Part shown: positions 1-9,366 of the stretch, one piece after another
Layout: each line of letters begins with the position of its first letter
How positions within the stretch are numbered: the stretch's first letter is position 1
Assembly (NCBI GenBank): GCA_020724585.1
Contig: DYGS01000001.1
Location: forward strand, 287,832 to 351,831
DNA: 64,000 nt
DNA from: Candidatus Microgenomatus sp.
GTDB lineage: Bacteria; Patescibacteriota; Microgenomatia; UBA8517
Reading direction: 5' to 3'
Notes under the pieces: model-generated
What the model was told of the DNA's origin: nothing
Databases searched by the model: none
The model's input: the letters and a program-made list of their open reading frames with translations, nothing else
Position numbers and translations under genes: made by a program

Positions 1-675
1 TGCTAAAAAGAGAAAATTAGATATTATCTGCGGCGGATTGCCGCTTGCACTTTGGGGCTGTGTGGCCCAAAAGACGCTTTCTCCCTTGCCAATTAAATAG
101 CCAAAACTGCCTGCAAAAAAACTAAAAATAGTTGCCCAAATTGATGCACTTTCACTTTTTGTTAATTTGTATGTTAGGAAGTAGGCTGAGGCACCAAATA
201 ATATACTGTAAAGAGTCGGAAAGATTCTAAAGTACAAATCAAGGTCAGAAAGATTAAAGTATTTACTAGCAACTGCCGGCAAAATATCAGAAAAGAAATG
301 GTAGTTGGTAAGCTTTTCCCCTGCCATAACTGGCATTTCGAAAGGATAGCCTTTTTTAATTTCATTCATCAGGGCAATATGCCAAGGGCCATCGTGGCCA
401 TGACTGCTGTAAAAAATGATATCTCCCCCTTCATTTATTGTTCCGCTTGGTGCAATTACTACCATTTGGCCGATTATTCCAATTGCAAAGACAATTATCA
501 TAATCAATGTTTGCAAATTAAATTTAATTTTTACGCTCTTAAGGTTTTTGTAAATATTTTTTTTACAGAAAAAAATGAGCAAAATAAATATCGGAATGAT
601 TAAAAAAGGAATATTTAGTACAATAAGAATGTATGAAATCAGAGTTGATAAGGAAAATGAAAATATCAAGCTCAT
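1..675 (-). CDS. Integral membrane protein; 5' end in window, runs off the left edge (partial). N-terminus uncertain: ATG at 675, 690, 501 or 465
   Basis: Hand translation of the minus strand (codon positions congruent to 0 mod 3) has no stop from 744 down to position 1, far longer than chance in AT-rich DNA. Predicted TM helices and a loop 'FYSSHGHDGPWHIALMNEIKKGYPFEMP'. Possible RBS GGAAAAG 6 nt before the ATG at 675. Not in the ORF track because it is partial. Confidence 0.4.
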   Translation of the reverse strand, partial: MSLIFSFSLSTLISYILIVLNIPFLIIPIFILLIFFCKKNIYKNLKSVKIKFNLQTLIMIIVFAIGIIGQMVVIAPSGTINEGGDIIFYSSHGHDGPWHIALMNEIKKGYPFEMPVMAGEKLTNYHFFSDILPAVASKYFNLSDLDLYFRIFPTLYSILFGASAYFLTYKLTKSESASIWATIFSFFAGSFGYLIGKGESVFWATQPQSASGNPPQIISNFLFLA

Positions 676-2282
676 TAAAAGCTTTTCCATATCAAAAGTA
701 TATACTAATTTTATTTTGTATTCTTGGCTTTTTAGTAAGATTTAATAAAATTGAGAGTCTTCCAATGTATGGCGACGAATTAACTTTAGCCTACGATTCA
801 TATTCAATTTTAAAGACAGGGATGGATCAAACTGGTCAGTATCTTCCGTTAACTACAAAAATGGGGGCAGGCAGGCCTGCGGGTTATGTTTATGCAAGTT
901 TGCCGTTTATCGCCATCTTTGGGCCAACGGAAATTGGAATTAGGATGTTATCGCTACTTTCTGGAACTATCTTAATTATTGCTGTTTACTTCCTGGCGCT
1001 TAAAATTTTTGAAAATAACGAGAATAAAGCAAAGATTGCACTCTTTGCTTCTTTTTTGCAATCAATTTCTATTTGGGACATATCCCTTTCAAAGGGAGGT
1101 TTTGAGGCACATTTTGCGCTACTGCTTGCTGCAGTTGGTGTTTTAATGTTTTTATATAGAAGATATATCTTAACGGCCCTTTTGTGGGGTATAACCATAT
1201 TTACTTATCCTACTTTCAAGTTAACACTACCTCTAATTTTTATAGTACTTATAACAACATTCAAGAAAACCACGGGCGATAAGCCTGTGGATGAATTGAA
1301 CGCTGATATGTCATCCTCGTTTAGACGGATACCCCGCCAGTATGGCGGGGAGGATGTTATATTTTATGAGGGTTATAAGAATTTAATAATAAGTAAAAAA
1401 TTTTGGGTTTCCATTTTAGTTCTACTATTTTTTACAGGAGTTTCACTTTTTGAAACATCAAAAGGTTTATCCGAATCTAGATTTTTAAGCATCAGTATTC
1501 TAACTAATAAAGAGATAGAGCAGCGAATAATTCAAAAAATAAATAACCAAAGATTTTTGTCTCCAATGCCTGAGGTTGTTGATAAATTATTTTTTAATAA
1601 ACCATTCGAATACACAAGACTTTTAATTGATAATTATGTTGAGAATTTTAATTTTTCTTACCTTTTTTTAAGGGGAGATAGAAACCCAAGACATAATCCA
1701 ACAGAATTCGGCAGTCTGTATTTGATTGAATTTGTAACTATTCTGATTGGAATCACCTCCATTTATAAAAAAGATAGAAGGAATTTTATTTTTTTAGTTT
1801 TTTGGATATTAATAACTCCGCTTGCAACCATGCTGATGGGTCAAACCCATGCCCTAAGAAACGGTTTTATGCTGCCGCCATTAATATTAATATCAGCCTA
1901 TGGAATTTATAGTTTGAGGATGAAATCTCGATTTGTTGTCATATTATTTATATTGGTTCAATTTATGATAGGGATTTATTATATAAACTCTTACATACCG
2001 GTTAAATTTGCAGATTTTTGGTCAGCAGAGGCTAAAAATGCCACTATCTTGGCAAATCAAAGCCTTAACAAATATGACAAAATCGTAATCTCATCTAGAA
2101 TAAATGACATAGAGTATGCATATCCAGCATATTCAAAGATTGATCCATTTTTAGTTATATCGAACTATGGCAAATTTCCAAAGGTGTATGGTAGGGTGAT
2201 AATAGATGATGATTTAGAAAAATATAAATCTTTTGATAGTGTAGTAATAATAAGTGAGGACTCGATATTTAAGAAAAAATGA
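657..2282 (+). CDS. GT-C membrane glycosyltransferase, PMT/ArnT-like (GT39/83 family), paralog 1 of 4
   Basis: N-terminal TM helix then 'YGDELTLAYDSYSIL' (DE loop-1 motif) and multiple further TM segments. Aligns with the paralogs downstream. AAGGA RBS before the ATG at 657 (the track's 633 start is probably too early). Confidence 0.65.
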   Translation: MKISSSLKAFPYQKYILILFCILGFLVRFNKIESLPMYGDELTLAYDSYSILKTGMDQTGQYLPLTTKMGAGRPAGYVYASLPFIAIFGPTEIGIRMLSLLSGTILIIAVYFLALKIFENNENKAKIALFASFLQSISIWDISLSKGGFEAHFALLLAAVGVLMFLYRRYILTALLWGITIFTYPTFKLTLPLIFIVLITTFKKTTGDKPVDELNADMSSSFRRIPRQYGGEDVIFYEGYKNLIISKKFWVSILVLLFFTGVSLFETSKGLSESRFLSISILTNKEIEQRIIQKINNQRFLSPMPEVVDKLFFNKPFEYTRLLIDNYVENFNFSYLFLRGDRNPRHNPTEFGSLYLIEFVTILIGITSIYKKDRRNFIFLVFWILITPLATMLMGQTHALRNGFMLPPLILISAYGIYSLRMKSRFVVILFILVQFMIGIYYINSYIPVKFADFWSAEAKNATILANQSLNKYDKIVISSRINDIEYAYPAYSKIDPFLVISNYGKFPKVYGRVIIDDDLEKYKSFDSVVIISEDSIFKKK

Positions 2283-3922
2283 AATTTAAAGAAAATCTAT
2301 TAATATTCTTAGTCTTATTACTATCGTTAATAATTCGTGTTTATGGCATCGGTAAAATTCCGCCATCTCTAAACTGGGATGAAGTTTCAATTGCCTACAA
2401 TGCCTACTCAATTTTAAAAACAGGTCGTGACGAATGGGGAGAATTTTTACCTCTCCATTTTAGATCGTTTGGTGAATACAAGCTTCCTGTACAAATTTAT
2501 GCTTCAATTCCTGCTATTTATGTGTTTGGGCTTAATGAGTTTGGGGTTAGGATAACACCTGCAGTTTATGGTGTTTTAACAGTATTTTTACTTTATTTAT
2601 TGGTCCAAGAACTTTTTAAAAGAAATGAAATATCACTAATTAGTGCTTTTCTACTTGCAGTATCACCATGGCATATACAACTAACGAGAGGTTCGTTTGA
2701 ATCTTCATTTTCTCTTTTTTGGTTTTTACTTGGACTACTACTTTTGTATAAAGGATTTAAGAACAAAAAATTAATTTTGTTTTCAATGGTTCCTTTCGCT
2801 ATCTCTGTTTATACCTATAATACCGCCAGGGTTTTTGTACCGATGTTTTTGTTTGTTTATTATCTTTTAAATTTAAAGTTCTTTTTAAAAAATATTAAGT
2901 ATTTTATTTTCAGTACTTTAATTTTTGTTGTTCTAATGATTCCACTTATTCCTTTTGTTTTGTCGGGTGAAGCTTCGGCAAGATATAAATTGGTTAGTAT
3001 CACAGACGATGCTGGCCTTATTCCAAGAATTGAGGAGAGAAGAAATAATTCTAATTTGCCGGAAATTGTAACTAAACTAATTCACAATAGATACACCTAC
3101 AACACATATTATTTTAGTCTTAACTATTTGTCTCATTTTACTCCTGATTTTCTATTTATAAGCGGTGCAGGCCACAGGCAACACCATGTCCAAGGGGTTG
3201 GCCAGTTGTATTGGATCCAAGCTCCATTTTTAATTTATGGACTTTATCTTCTTCTAAAGAAGAAAGAAGAAAATTTAAAGATGGTTATTCCCTGGATGCT
3301 TCTTGCTTATGTCCCAGTTTCAATGACTAACGATAGTATTCCTAATGCCTTAAGGACATTAATTTCTGTCCCTACCTACCAAATATTAACAGCTTACGGC
3401 ATGTTTTATTTCTTTAGCATCTTAAAAAATCGAAGAGTAAAAATATTAGCAGTTTTACTGTCGATATTGATGTTTGTAATTAATTTTGGAATTTATTTAA
3501 ATAATTATTTTGTAAAATATCCAGTTAACTATTCACGCGACTGGCAGTATGGGTATAAAGAAGTTGTTGACTATATTAAAGAAAATCAGGATAAATATGA
3601 TTTAATTGTTTTTAGCAGACATTATGGTGAACCACACATTTTTACACTTTTCTATTTAAATTATGATCCGCAAAAGTTTCAAAATTCTTCCAACCTAGAA
3701 AGATTTGAAACATACGATTGGGTCAGGGTTTTAAGATTTGATAAATATTATTTCCCAGATTTAGGAGATGAAGGTACAAAGTATAATGATATTGTTAAAG
3801 AGAATCCAGACAAAAAGATATTATTCATTGGTAAAAGTGGTGATTTCCCAGAGAATGTAAAGATATTAGAAAGGATTAACTTTTTAAACAATGAACCAGC
3901 ATTCGAAATTGTCGAAAATTGA
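2279..3922 (+). CDS. GT-C membrane glycosyltransferase, PMT/ArnT-like, paralog 2
   Basis: 'SLNWDEVSIAYNAYSILKTGRDEWGEFLPLHFRSFGEYKLPV' closely matches paralogs 3 and 4. ATGA start/stop overlap with the upstream gene. Confidence 0.7.
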   Translation: MKFKENLLIFLVLLLSLIIRVYGIGKIPPSLNWDEVSIAYNAYSILKTGRDEWGEFLPLHFRSFGEYKLPVQIYASIPAIYVFGLNEFGVRITPAVYGVLTVFLLYLLVQELFKRNEISLISAFLLAVSPWHIQLTRGSFESSFSLFWFLLGLLLLYKGFKNKKLILFSMVPFAISVYTYNTARVFVPMFLFVYYLLNLKFFLKNIKYFIFSTLIFVVLMIPLIPFVLSGEASARYKLVSITDDAGLIPRIEERRNNSNLPEIVTKLIHNRYTYNTYYFSLNYLSHFTPDFLFISGAGHRQHHVQGVGQLYWIQAPFLIYGLYLLLKKKEENLKMVIPWMLLAYVPVSMTNDSIPNALRTLISVPTYQILTAYGMFYFFSILKNRRVKILAVLLSILMFVINFGIYLNNYFVKYPVNYSRDWQYGYKEVVDYIKENQDKYDLIVFSRHYGEPHIFTLFYLNYDPQKFQNSSNLERFETYDWVRVLRFDKYYFPDLGDEGTKYNDIVKENPDKKILFIGKSGDFPENVKILERINFLNNEPAFEIVEN

Positions 3923-3924
3923 AT

Positions 3925-4566
3925 ATGAAAATTTTTGAAATATACAAAAAATTTGGCATACCACCTAACTTGCAACAGCATATGATTTTGGTTGCCGGAG
4001 TTGCAGAATTCATTGCTAGAAACTGGAAAAATGGCCGAATCGATAAAAACAAATTAATAAAGGCTTCATTAGTACATGACTTGGGTAATATAGTAAAGTT
4101 TAATTTTGATAAATACCCCGAATTTCTGGGGGATGAAGTAAAAAATATTAATTATTGGAAAGAGAAACAAGAAGAAATTATTAATAAATATGGTAGGGAT
4201 GACCATGAGGTTACACAAAGAATGTTAAATGAAATAGGATTAGATAGAGAGTCAATCGAAGCCGTTTCAGCTAAGAGTTTTGCAAACTCAATTGAAACAG
4301 CAAATTCAAACAATTGGTATTTAAAAATACTTTTATATTCAGACATGAGGGTGTTACCATTTGGTGTATGCACCATAGAAGAGCGATTGGAGGATATTAT
4401 GAAAAGAATGCCCCAATATTATACAAGACCAAATATTAACGATTTATTAAATGCATGTAGACAGGTGGAGTCAGAAATACAACAAAATATGAGTTGTGCT
4501 ATTGCAGAAATTAATCAACAAAATATAAATAAATCAAATAAAGAATTTATGGAAATGGAAATATGA
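3925..4566 (+). CDS. HD-domain phosphohydrolase-like protein
   Basis: 'HMILVAGVAEFIA...LVHDLGN' matches the H...HD metal-binding signature. The track start 3919 is TTG, so the in-frame ATG at 3925 is used. Confidence 0.5.
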   Translation: MKIFEIYKKFGIPPNLQQHMILVAGVAEFIARNWKNGRIDKNKLIKASLVHDLGNIVKFNFDKYPEFLGDEVKNINYWKEKQEEIINKYGRDDHEVTQRMLNEIGLDRESIEAVSAKSFANSIETANSNNWYLKILLYSDMRVLPFGVCTIEERLEDIMKRMPQYYTRPNINDLLNACRQVESEIQQNMSCAIAEINQQNINKSNKEFMEMEI

Positions 4567-5918
4567 AAAAATTAACCAACTTTTTTAAAAGTAATATAGT
4601 TTTGGTTTTAATTTGTCTTTTATTTTTAGTAACTAGAATTTATAGAGTTGACTCAATACCGGAATCCGTTTATTGGGATGAGGCATCAATTGGATATAAT
4701 GCTTATAGTATATTGTTGACAGGAAAAGATGAGTGGGGAGAATTTTTACCACTTCACTTCAGAGCCTTTGGTGAATTTAAATTACCTGTTTATATTTATT
4801 CAGTAGTTATATCTGAATTCTTTTTTGGATTAACAAATTTTGCTATAAGGCTACCTGCAATAATATTTGGTTTACTTTCCGTAATAGGAATATATTTTGT
4901 CACATTAAGACTTACTAATAATCGTACACTTTCGCTTTTAAGTTCTTTTACTTTTTCTATTACTCCTTGGTTTTTTATATTCTCACGGACAGGTTATGAG
5001 GCAACAGCAGGTTTAGCATTTTTTATATGGTCTTTGTATTTTTTGATTTTATCTTTTCAAAATTACAAATTATTAATACTGTCAACAATGTTATTCATTG
5101 TATCGATGTATAGTTATAACAGTTTTAGAATATTATCACCATTAATTTTGGGACCATTTCTAATATACTTTTTACTAAAAAAGAAATTTGTACATGTTTT
5201 AATACCTATTATTTTTATACTTTTAAGTATATTACCGATATATAAGCTATATAGTAAAGACTCGGGACTGGCCAGATTTAACACTGTTGGATCAAATAAT
5301 TATATAAGTAATTTTTTAAAAAACTTCTCACCTACATATTTATTTTTAGAAGGAGATATTAATCCAAGAAGCCAAGTACCAAAGCACGGCCAAGTCTATT
5401 ATTTAGATAGTTTATTTATAATTTTGGGGGTTTTATATATCTTAAAAACTAAAAACCTAAAACTATATTTTATATTAATGTTCCTTTTGTTAGCTCCGAT
5501 ACCAGCAAGTATTACTAAAGAAAATCCACACGCATTGCGTGCTATTTTAACGAGCCCAATACTTTCAGTCATATCTGCAATGGGAATATATTTTGTTTCA
5601 AAAAACAATAGATTAATATTGGTATTTATATCAGTATTGTATTTGTTGTTTTTTGGAAATTATTTTTATAGATTCATTAATGAATACAATAATATTTCTT
5701 CAAGTGCGTGGCAGTTAGAATATAAAGAAATATTTAAAAATCAAAAAAGTGGATGTATATCAGATGAATTTGCACAGCCATATATATTTGCACTTTACTA
5801 TAATAAATTTGATCCAAATGAATTTGTTACAACTAAAAAGTTAAATCCTGTTTCCGATTGGGGTTTTTCTACAGTCAAATCTTTTGGCAATTTTGAATTT
5901 AAAAAAGAGTGCAGATGA
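4563..5918 (+). CDS. GT-C membrane glycosyltransferase, PMT/ArnT-like, paralog 3
   Basis: 'SVYWDEASIGYNAYSILLTGKDEWGEFLPLHFRAFGEFKLPV'. ATGA overlap with the HD gene. Confidence 0.7.
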   Translation: MKKLTNFFKSNIVLVLICLLFLVTRIYRVDSIPESVYWDEASIGYNAYSILLTGKDEWGEFLPLHFRAFGEFKLPVYIYSVVISEFFFGLTNFAIRLPAIIFGLLSVIGIYFVTLRLTNNRTLSLLSSFTFSITPWFFIFSRTGYEATAGLAFFIWSLYFLILSFQNYKLLILSTMLFIVSMYSYNSFRILSPLILGPFLIYFLLKKKFVHVLIPIIFILLSILPIYKLYSKDSGLARFNTVGSNNYISNFLKNFSPTYLFLEGDINPRSQVPKHGQVYYLDSLFIILGVLYILKTKNLKLYFILMFLLLAPIPASITKENPHALRAILTSPILSVISAMGIYFVSKNNRLILVFISVLYLLFFGNYFYRFINEYNNISSSAWQLEYKEIFKNQKSGCISDEFAQPYIFALYYNKFDPNEFVTTKKLNPVSDWGFSTVKSFGNFEFKKECR

Positions 5919-7540
5919 GGAAAATAATAATATATCTATCACTAGCAGTTATTGTTGGCATCGCCGCTTTTTTCAGACTCTATAATGTTTCAACTAATCC
6001 GCCATCATTAACTTGGGATGAGGCTGCCGTTGGATATAATGCATATACAATTTTAAATTGGGGAAAAGATGAATGGGGTAATAACTATCCATTATTTTTT
6101 AAATCATTTGGTGATGATAAAAATCCAATTCATATTTATTTAACAATTCCATTTATTGCATGTTTTGGTTTAAATGATTTTGCAGTAAGGCTGCCGGCAG
6201 CTATTTTTGGGGTACTTAATGTTTTAATAATATTTTTTGTTGCCAGACAATTAACTAAAAGTAATATAATTTCGCTTTTTTCTAGTTTATTTCTGGCAAT
6301 CTCTGCTTATAACATTCAATTTTCCAGATTTAATCATGAACTTAATTTTGCGATATTCTTCTTTCTTTTGGGCCTATACTTTTTCTTAACGGCGGTAAAT
6401 AGCGATAAAAAATATTTATTGCCGCTTTCTTTTATGTCCTTTGGTTTGGATTTATTTACATATCCAAGTGCAAAGGTGGTAACACCAATACTTATATTTT
6501 TTTTAATTTTATTAAACATTAAAAAACTTTTAAAAAATATAAAGATTTTTGCAATTAGTATTTCTGTTTATCTATTCTTTGTTGGAACAATTATTGTAAA
6601 TCCCGAGCTTTTAGGAACTGCAAGACTTGAACAAAATCAAATAAAAGAGGAGCTAATTATCAATACTAATTTATATCAAAAAACTAATAGTCTTTTATTG
6701 GGTAAGGCAGAAATAGTTTTTGAAAGATATTTAAAATATTATCAAAGTGACTTTTTATATTTAACTGGAGATAAAAATCCCAGACATTCAGTACAAGCCT
6801 TTGGTACATTTTATAAATTCCAAATACCACTTTTAATTATTGGTCTTCTGTATTTAATATATGCAGTTATAAAATACAAAAACTACAATCTTCTTTTAAT
6901 ACTTCTTTGCTTTTTTATTGCTCCGCTTCCTGGTGCAGTTAGTAGTGATATGCCTCATGCATCAAGATCAATGTTTATTACATTTAGTCACTACTTACTC
7001 ATTGCTATGGGTGTATTTGCAATTGCTAGTTTGTTTAAAAATTTTTACTATAAAATTTTAGCTGTTGTAGTAATAGTTATTCTAACTGCATTCAACTTTT
7101 ATAACTACAATAATTATTACTATAGCGAATATAAAAATAAATATTCAGTTGAGTGGATTTATGGAATGAAAGAAATTATTGAAGAAGCCAAAAAAGATGA
7201 ATACTATCGTGTATATATTACAGACTCTAGAATGCAGCCCTATATCTTTGCCCTTTTTTACAATCAAACTAGCCTGCCTGATTTTCTCAAAACTGTTAAG
7301 TACAATGAAACACAAAGTAAACCACACAATTTAGTTAGAAGTTTTGATAAATATAGATTTGTTTGGAATGAATATGAAATTGTCCCAAATCAAAAAGTTT
7401 TGTTTGTTGTTAAACCTAGTGTTTATGATGGACTTTATTTTAAAAACGACTTTAAAGTGGTGAAAGTGATAAAATATCTAAACAATATAGATGCATTTTA
7501 TTTAATTACTGGAAAGGAAGAAATAAAAAATGAAGAATAA
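5915..7540 (+). CDS. GT-C membrane glycosyltransferase, PMT/ArnT-like, paralog 4
   Basis: 'SLTWDEAAVGYNAYTILNWGKDEWGNNYPLFFKSFGDDKNPI'. ATG at 5915 overlaps the upstream stop (ATGA); the track's 5909 start is GTG. Confidence 0.7.
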   Translation: MRKIIIYLSLAVIVGIAAFFRLYNVSTNPPSLTWDEAAVGYNAYTILNWGKDEWGNNYPLFFKSFGDDKNPIHIYLTIPFIACFGLNDFAVRLPAAIFGVLNVLIIFFVARQLTKSNIISLFSSLFLAISAYNIQFSRFNHELNFAIFFFLLGLYFFLTAVNSDKKYLLPLSFMSFGLDLFTYPSAKVVTPILIFFLILLNIKKLLKNIKIFAISISVYLFFVGTIIVNPELLGTARLEQNQIKEELIINTNLYQKTNSLLLGKAEIVFERYLKYYQSDFLYLTGDKNPRHSVQAFGTFYKFQIPLLIIGLLYLIYAVIKYKNYNLLLILLCFFIAPLPGAVSSDMPHASRSMFITFSHYLLIAMGVFAIASLFKNFYYKILAVVVIVILTAFNFYNYNNYYYSEYKNKYSVEWIYGMKEIIEEAKKDEYYRVYITDSRMQPYIFALFYNQTSLPDFLKTVKYNETQSKPHNLVRSFDKYRFVWNEYEIVPNQKVLFVVKPSVYDGLYFKNDFKVVKVIKYLNNIDAFYLITGKEEIKNEE

Positions 7541-8405
7541 AAAGGTTTTCTTGTCTGTTGTTTTGGCAACAAGAAATGAGGAAGAAAATATATCCAGATG
7601 CCTTGAGTCAGTTAAGGATATTGCGAGTGAGATAATAATTTACGATGAATATTCAAAGGATGCCACAGTTTCTATTGCAAAAAAATATGGTGCAAAAGTT
7701 TTTCTCGAACCCCATCATGACATTTTTCATATAACCAAGCAAAAGGCTATAGATAAAGCGACTGGAGAATGGATATTGCAGCTAGATGCAGATGAAGTTG
7801 TAACACCAGAACTCTCTCGAGAGATTCTTAAAATTACAAATTCTAAATTACAAATTACAAATACTAACCTTTTATTTTTAAGACATCAACAACTTATAGA
7901 AGCACGAGATGGCAAGATTGGCAAGGATAGTGGAGAGGTTATTGCTTATTTTATACCTAGAAAAAACATGTTTTTAGGTAAACCCTTAATACATGCAGGC
8001 GTATATCCCGATGGTGTTATCAGATTATTTAAAAAAGGTTATGCCAAGTGGCCATGCAAATCTGTACATGAACAAATGGAGATAAAAGGTAGAGTAGGTT
8101 GGCTTAATAATGATTTACTGCACTTCGATTCACCAACATTAAAGCGTTACTTCATGAGATTAAATAGATATACAGACCTTCAAGCTCAAGAACTCAAAAC
8201 AAAAAAGGTTTCAAAGGGCCTTTTTCGGTTTTTACAATATACTATATACTATCCTCTATATACTTTTGCCAATTTATATATAAGACATAAAGGTTTTTTA
8301 GATGGTGTAAATGGTTTTCTTTGGAGTTTGTTTTCCTCTTGGCACTTCCCAATTGCTTATTTTAAATACTTAACAGATCCTTCCAGCAAGAAGGCGTATC
8401 CGTAG
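7530..8405 (+). CDS. Glycosyltransferase family 2 (GT-A fold)
   Basis: 'VVLATRNEEENI...LQLDADEVV' (DxD); typical GT2 N-terminal domain. Confidence 0.7.
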   Translation: MKNKKVFLSVVLATRNEEENISRCLESVKDIASEIIIYDEYSKDATVSIAKKYGAKVFLEPHHDIFHITKQKAIDKATGEWILQLDADEVVTPELSREILKITNSKLQITNTNLLFLRHQQLIEARDGKIGKDSGEVIAYFIPRKNMFLGKPLIHAGVYPDGVIRLFKKGYAKWPCKSVHEQMEIKGRVGWLNNDLLHFDSPTLKRYFMRLNRYTDLQAQELKTKKVSKGLFRFLQYTIYYPLYTFANLYIRHKGFLDGVNGFLWSLFSSWHFPIAYFKYLTDPSSKKAYP

Positions 8406-8415
8406 ACTAGTCTAC
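8397..8415. promoter_or_regulatory. Palindrome TATCCGTAGACTAGTCTAC (perfect 14-bp core GTAGACTAGTCTAC) at the convergent junction between the GT2 gene and abiEii; related to the repeats at 52847 and 53300
   Basis: Read directly from the sequence. Shares TATCCGT and ACTAGTCTAC with the 22-bp repeat flanking the TrpR-like gene. Overlaps the GT2 stop codon (TAG within gTAGac). Confidence 0.5.
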
Positions 8416-9063
8416 TGAACCAAATTTTGCAACTTTTTTAACCTCTTCTAGCAAAAACCTCTTAATAACTTCAGGGTTTATATCTTTATCAACATATTCG
8501 ATTCTATAGTTGTATATATCGTTCCAATAAATAAGTTGTTCTAAAAACAACTTTTTAGAAAAATCGTTACCAAATTTTTTTAAACAATTTATAATTAGTT
8601 TCTCCAAGGTTACATGATTTTCTTTTAGAATAAAATATAAATCAACATAGTCTCGCCATTTAGGTCTCCTTCCTTGTATAAAAGCTTTATTGCAAGCAAT
8701 ATCTTGTATACTCATGAGATTTATATCATTACTCTTTATTACTGGGAACATGCTTTTATAATCATCTAAAAAGAATGTAAGGTTTACACCATTTTGAGTA
8801 ACCACATCTAATTGATCTTGGGTATCAAGAGTTTTGTAAGAATTTGCTCCAAAAGTATCCTTAACTTTTTTCCAGATATACTTTGAAATTGGCTCATTTA
8901 CAAAAAAGTCAAAATCGTAAGATTTCCTATGCCCAATTTGAAGTGCGAGAGCTGTTCCTCCACCCAAAACTCCATATTGGCTGAAATCTTTAAGTTTTTT
9001 AAATACTTCTAGTCTTTTGTTGTCTAATGTATCTAGGAAAAGTTTTGACATATCTTTTTTCAT
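8407..9063 (-). CDS. abiEii: Nucleotidyltransferase AbiEii/AbiGii-family toxin (type IV TA / abortive infection)
   Basis: 'YGVLGGGTALALQIGHRKSYDFDFF' matches the AbiEii (DUF1814) GGTAL...R.S.D.D motif near the N-terminus; about 220 aa. Confidence 0.6.
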   Translation of the reverse strand: MKKDMSKLFLDTLDNKRLEVFKKLKDFSQYGVLGGGTALALQIGHRKSYDFDFFVNEPISKYIWKKVKDTFGANSYKTLDTQDQLDVVTQNGVNLTFFLDDYKSMFPVIKSNDINLMSIQDIACNKAFIQGRRPKWRDYVDLYFILKENHVTLEKLIINCLKKFGNDFSKKLFLEQLIYWNDIYNYRIEYVDKDINPEVIKRFLLEEVKKVAKFGSVD

Positions 9064-9322
9064 CTAATGGTTTGCTTATTTCAAGCAAAACATTTTTACT
9101 AAAATTATAGCCTTGGGGTGTGTAGTCTTTTTCAGGGTATTTTTCGAAAGATTCTCGTATTTCATTGATTGTGTAATTTTTGAAAAGCCAAACTAGATGA
9201 TCCCAGGTGCCATAAGCCAAAACTTGATGGATTACATAGGCTTTGTTTTTGATAAAATCAAAATTATTAATATCAACACTCCATAAAACACCTTGAAGGT
9301 TAGTAGGTATTTTTGATGTCAT
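8999..9322 (-). CDS. Small protein upstream of and overlapping abiEii; putative cognate antitoxin/partner (no recognised domain)
   Basis: 107-aa ORF that overlaps abiEii by 65 nt in another frame, i.e. an operonic pair. Shorter than the canonical AbiEi antitoxin. Confidence 0.4.
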   Translation of the reverse strand: MTSKIPTNLQGVLWSVDINNFDFIKNKAYVIHQVLAYGTWDHLVWLFKNYTINEIRESFEKYPEKDYTPQGYNFSKNVLLEISKPLDEKRYVKTFPRYIRQQKTRSI

Positions 9323-9366
9323 AATACTCTTGTATTATACCATGTTTCAGGAGTATATTTAAGGGA

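Noticed and set aside
298-603. Plus-strand 101-aa ORF from the track
   Set aside because: It lies exactly antisense to the long open minus-strand frame (1..744), which has membrane-protein character. It is therefore a shadow ORF with a Cys/His/Asn-rich nonsense composition.
986-1198. Many short (60–165 aa) antisense ORFs listed inside larger genes, for example 986..1198-, 3748..3981-, 9630..9971-, 33269..33826-, 37188..37440-, 43613..44110-, 50047..50427-, 63256..63462-
   Set aside because: Each is fully embedded in, and antisense or out of frame to, a long ORF with clear homology motifs. Their composition is typical of shadow frames, and none has an RBS.
8407-9322. Possibility that the 107-aa and 218-aa minus-strand ORFs are one frameshifted AbiEii gene
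   Set aside because: The AbiEii GGTAL/R.S.D.D motif lies near the N-terminus of the 218-aa ORF, as it does in full-length AbiEii proteins. The upstream ORF is therefore a separate partner gene rather than the N-terminal half.
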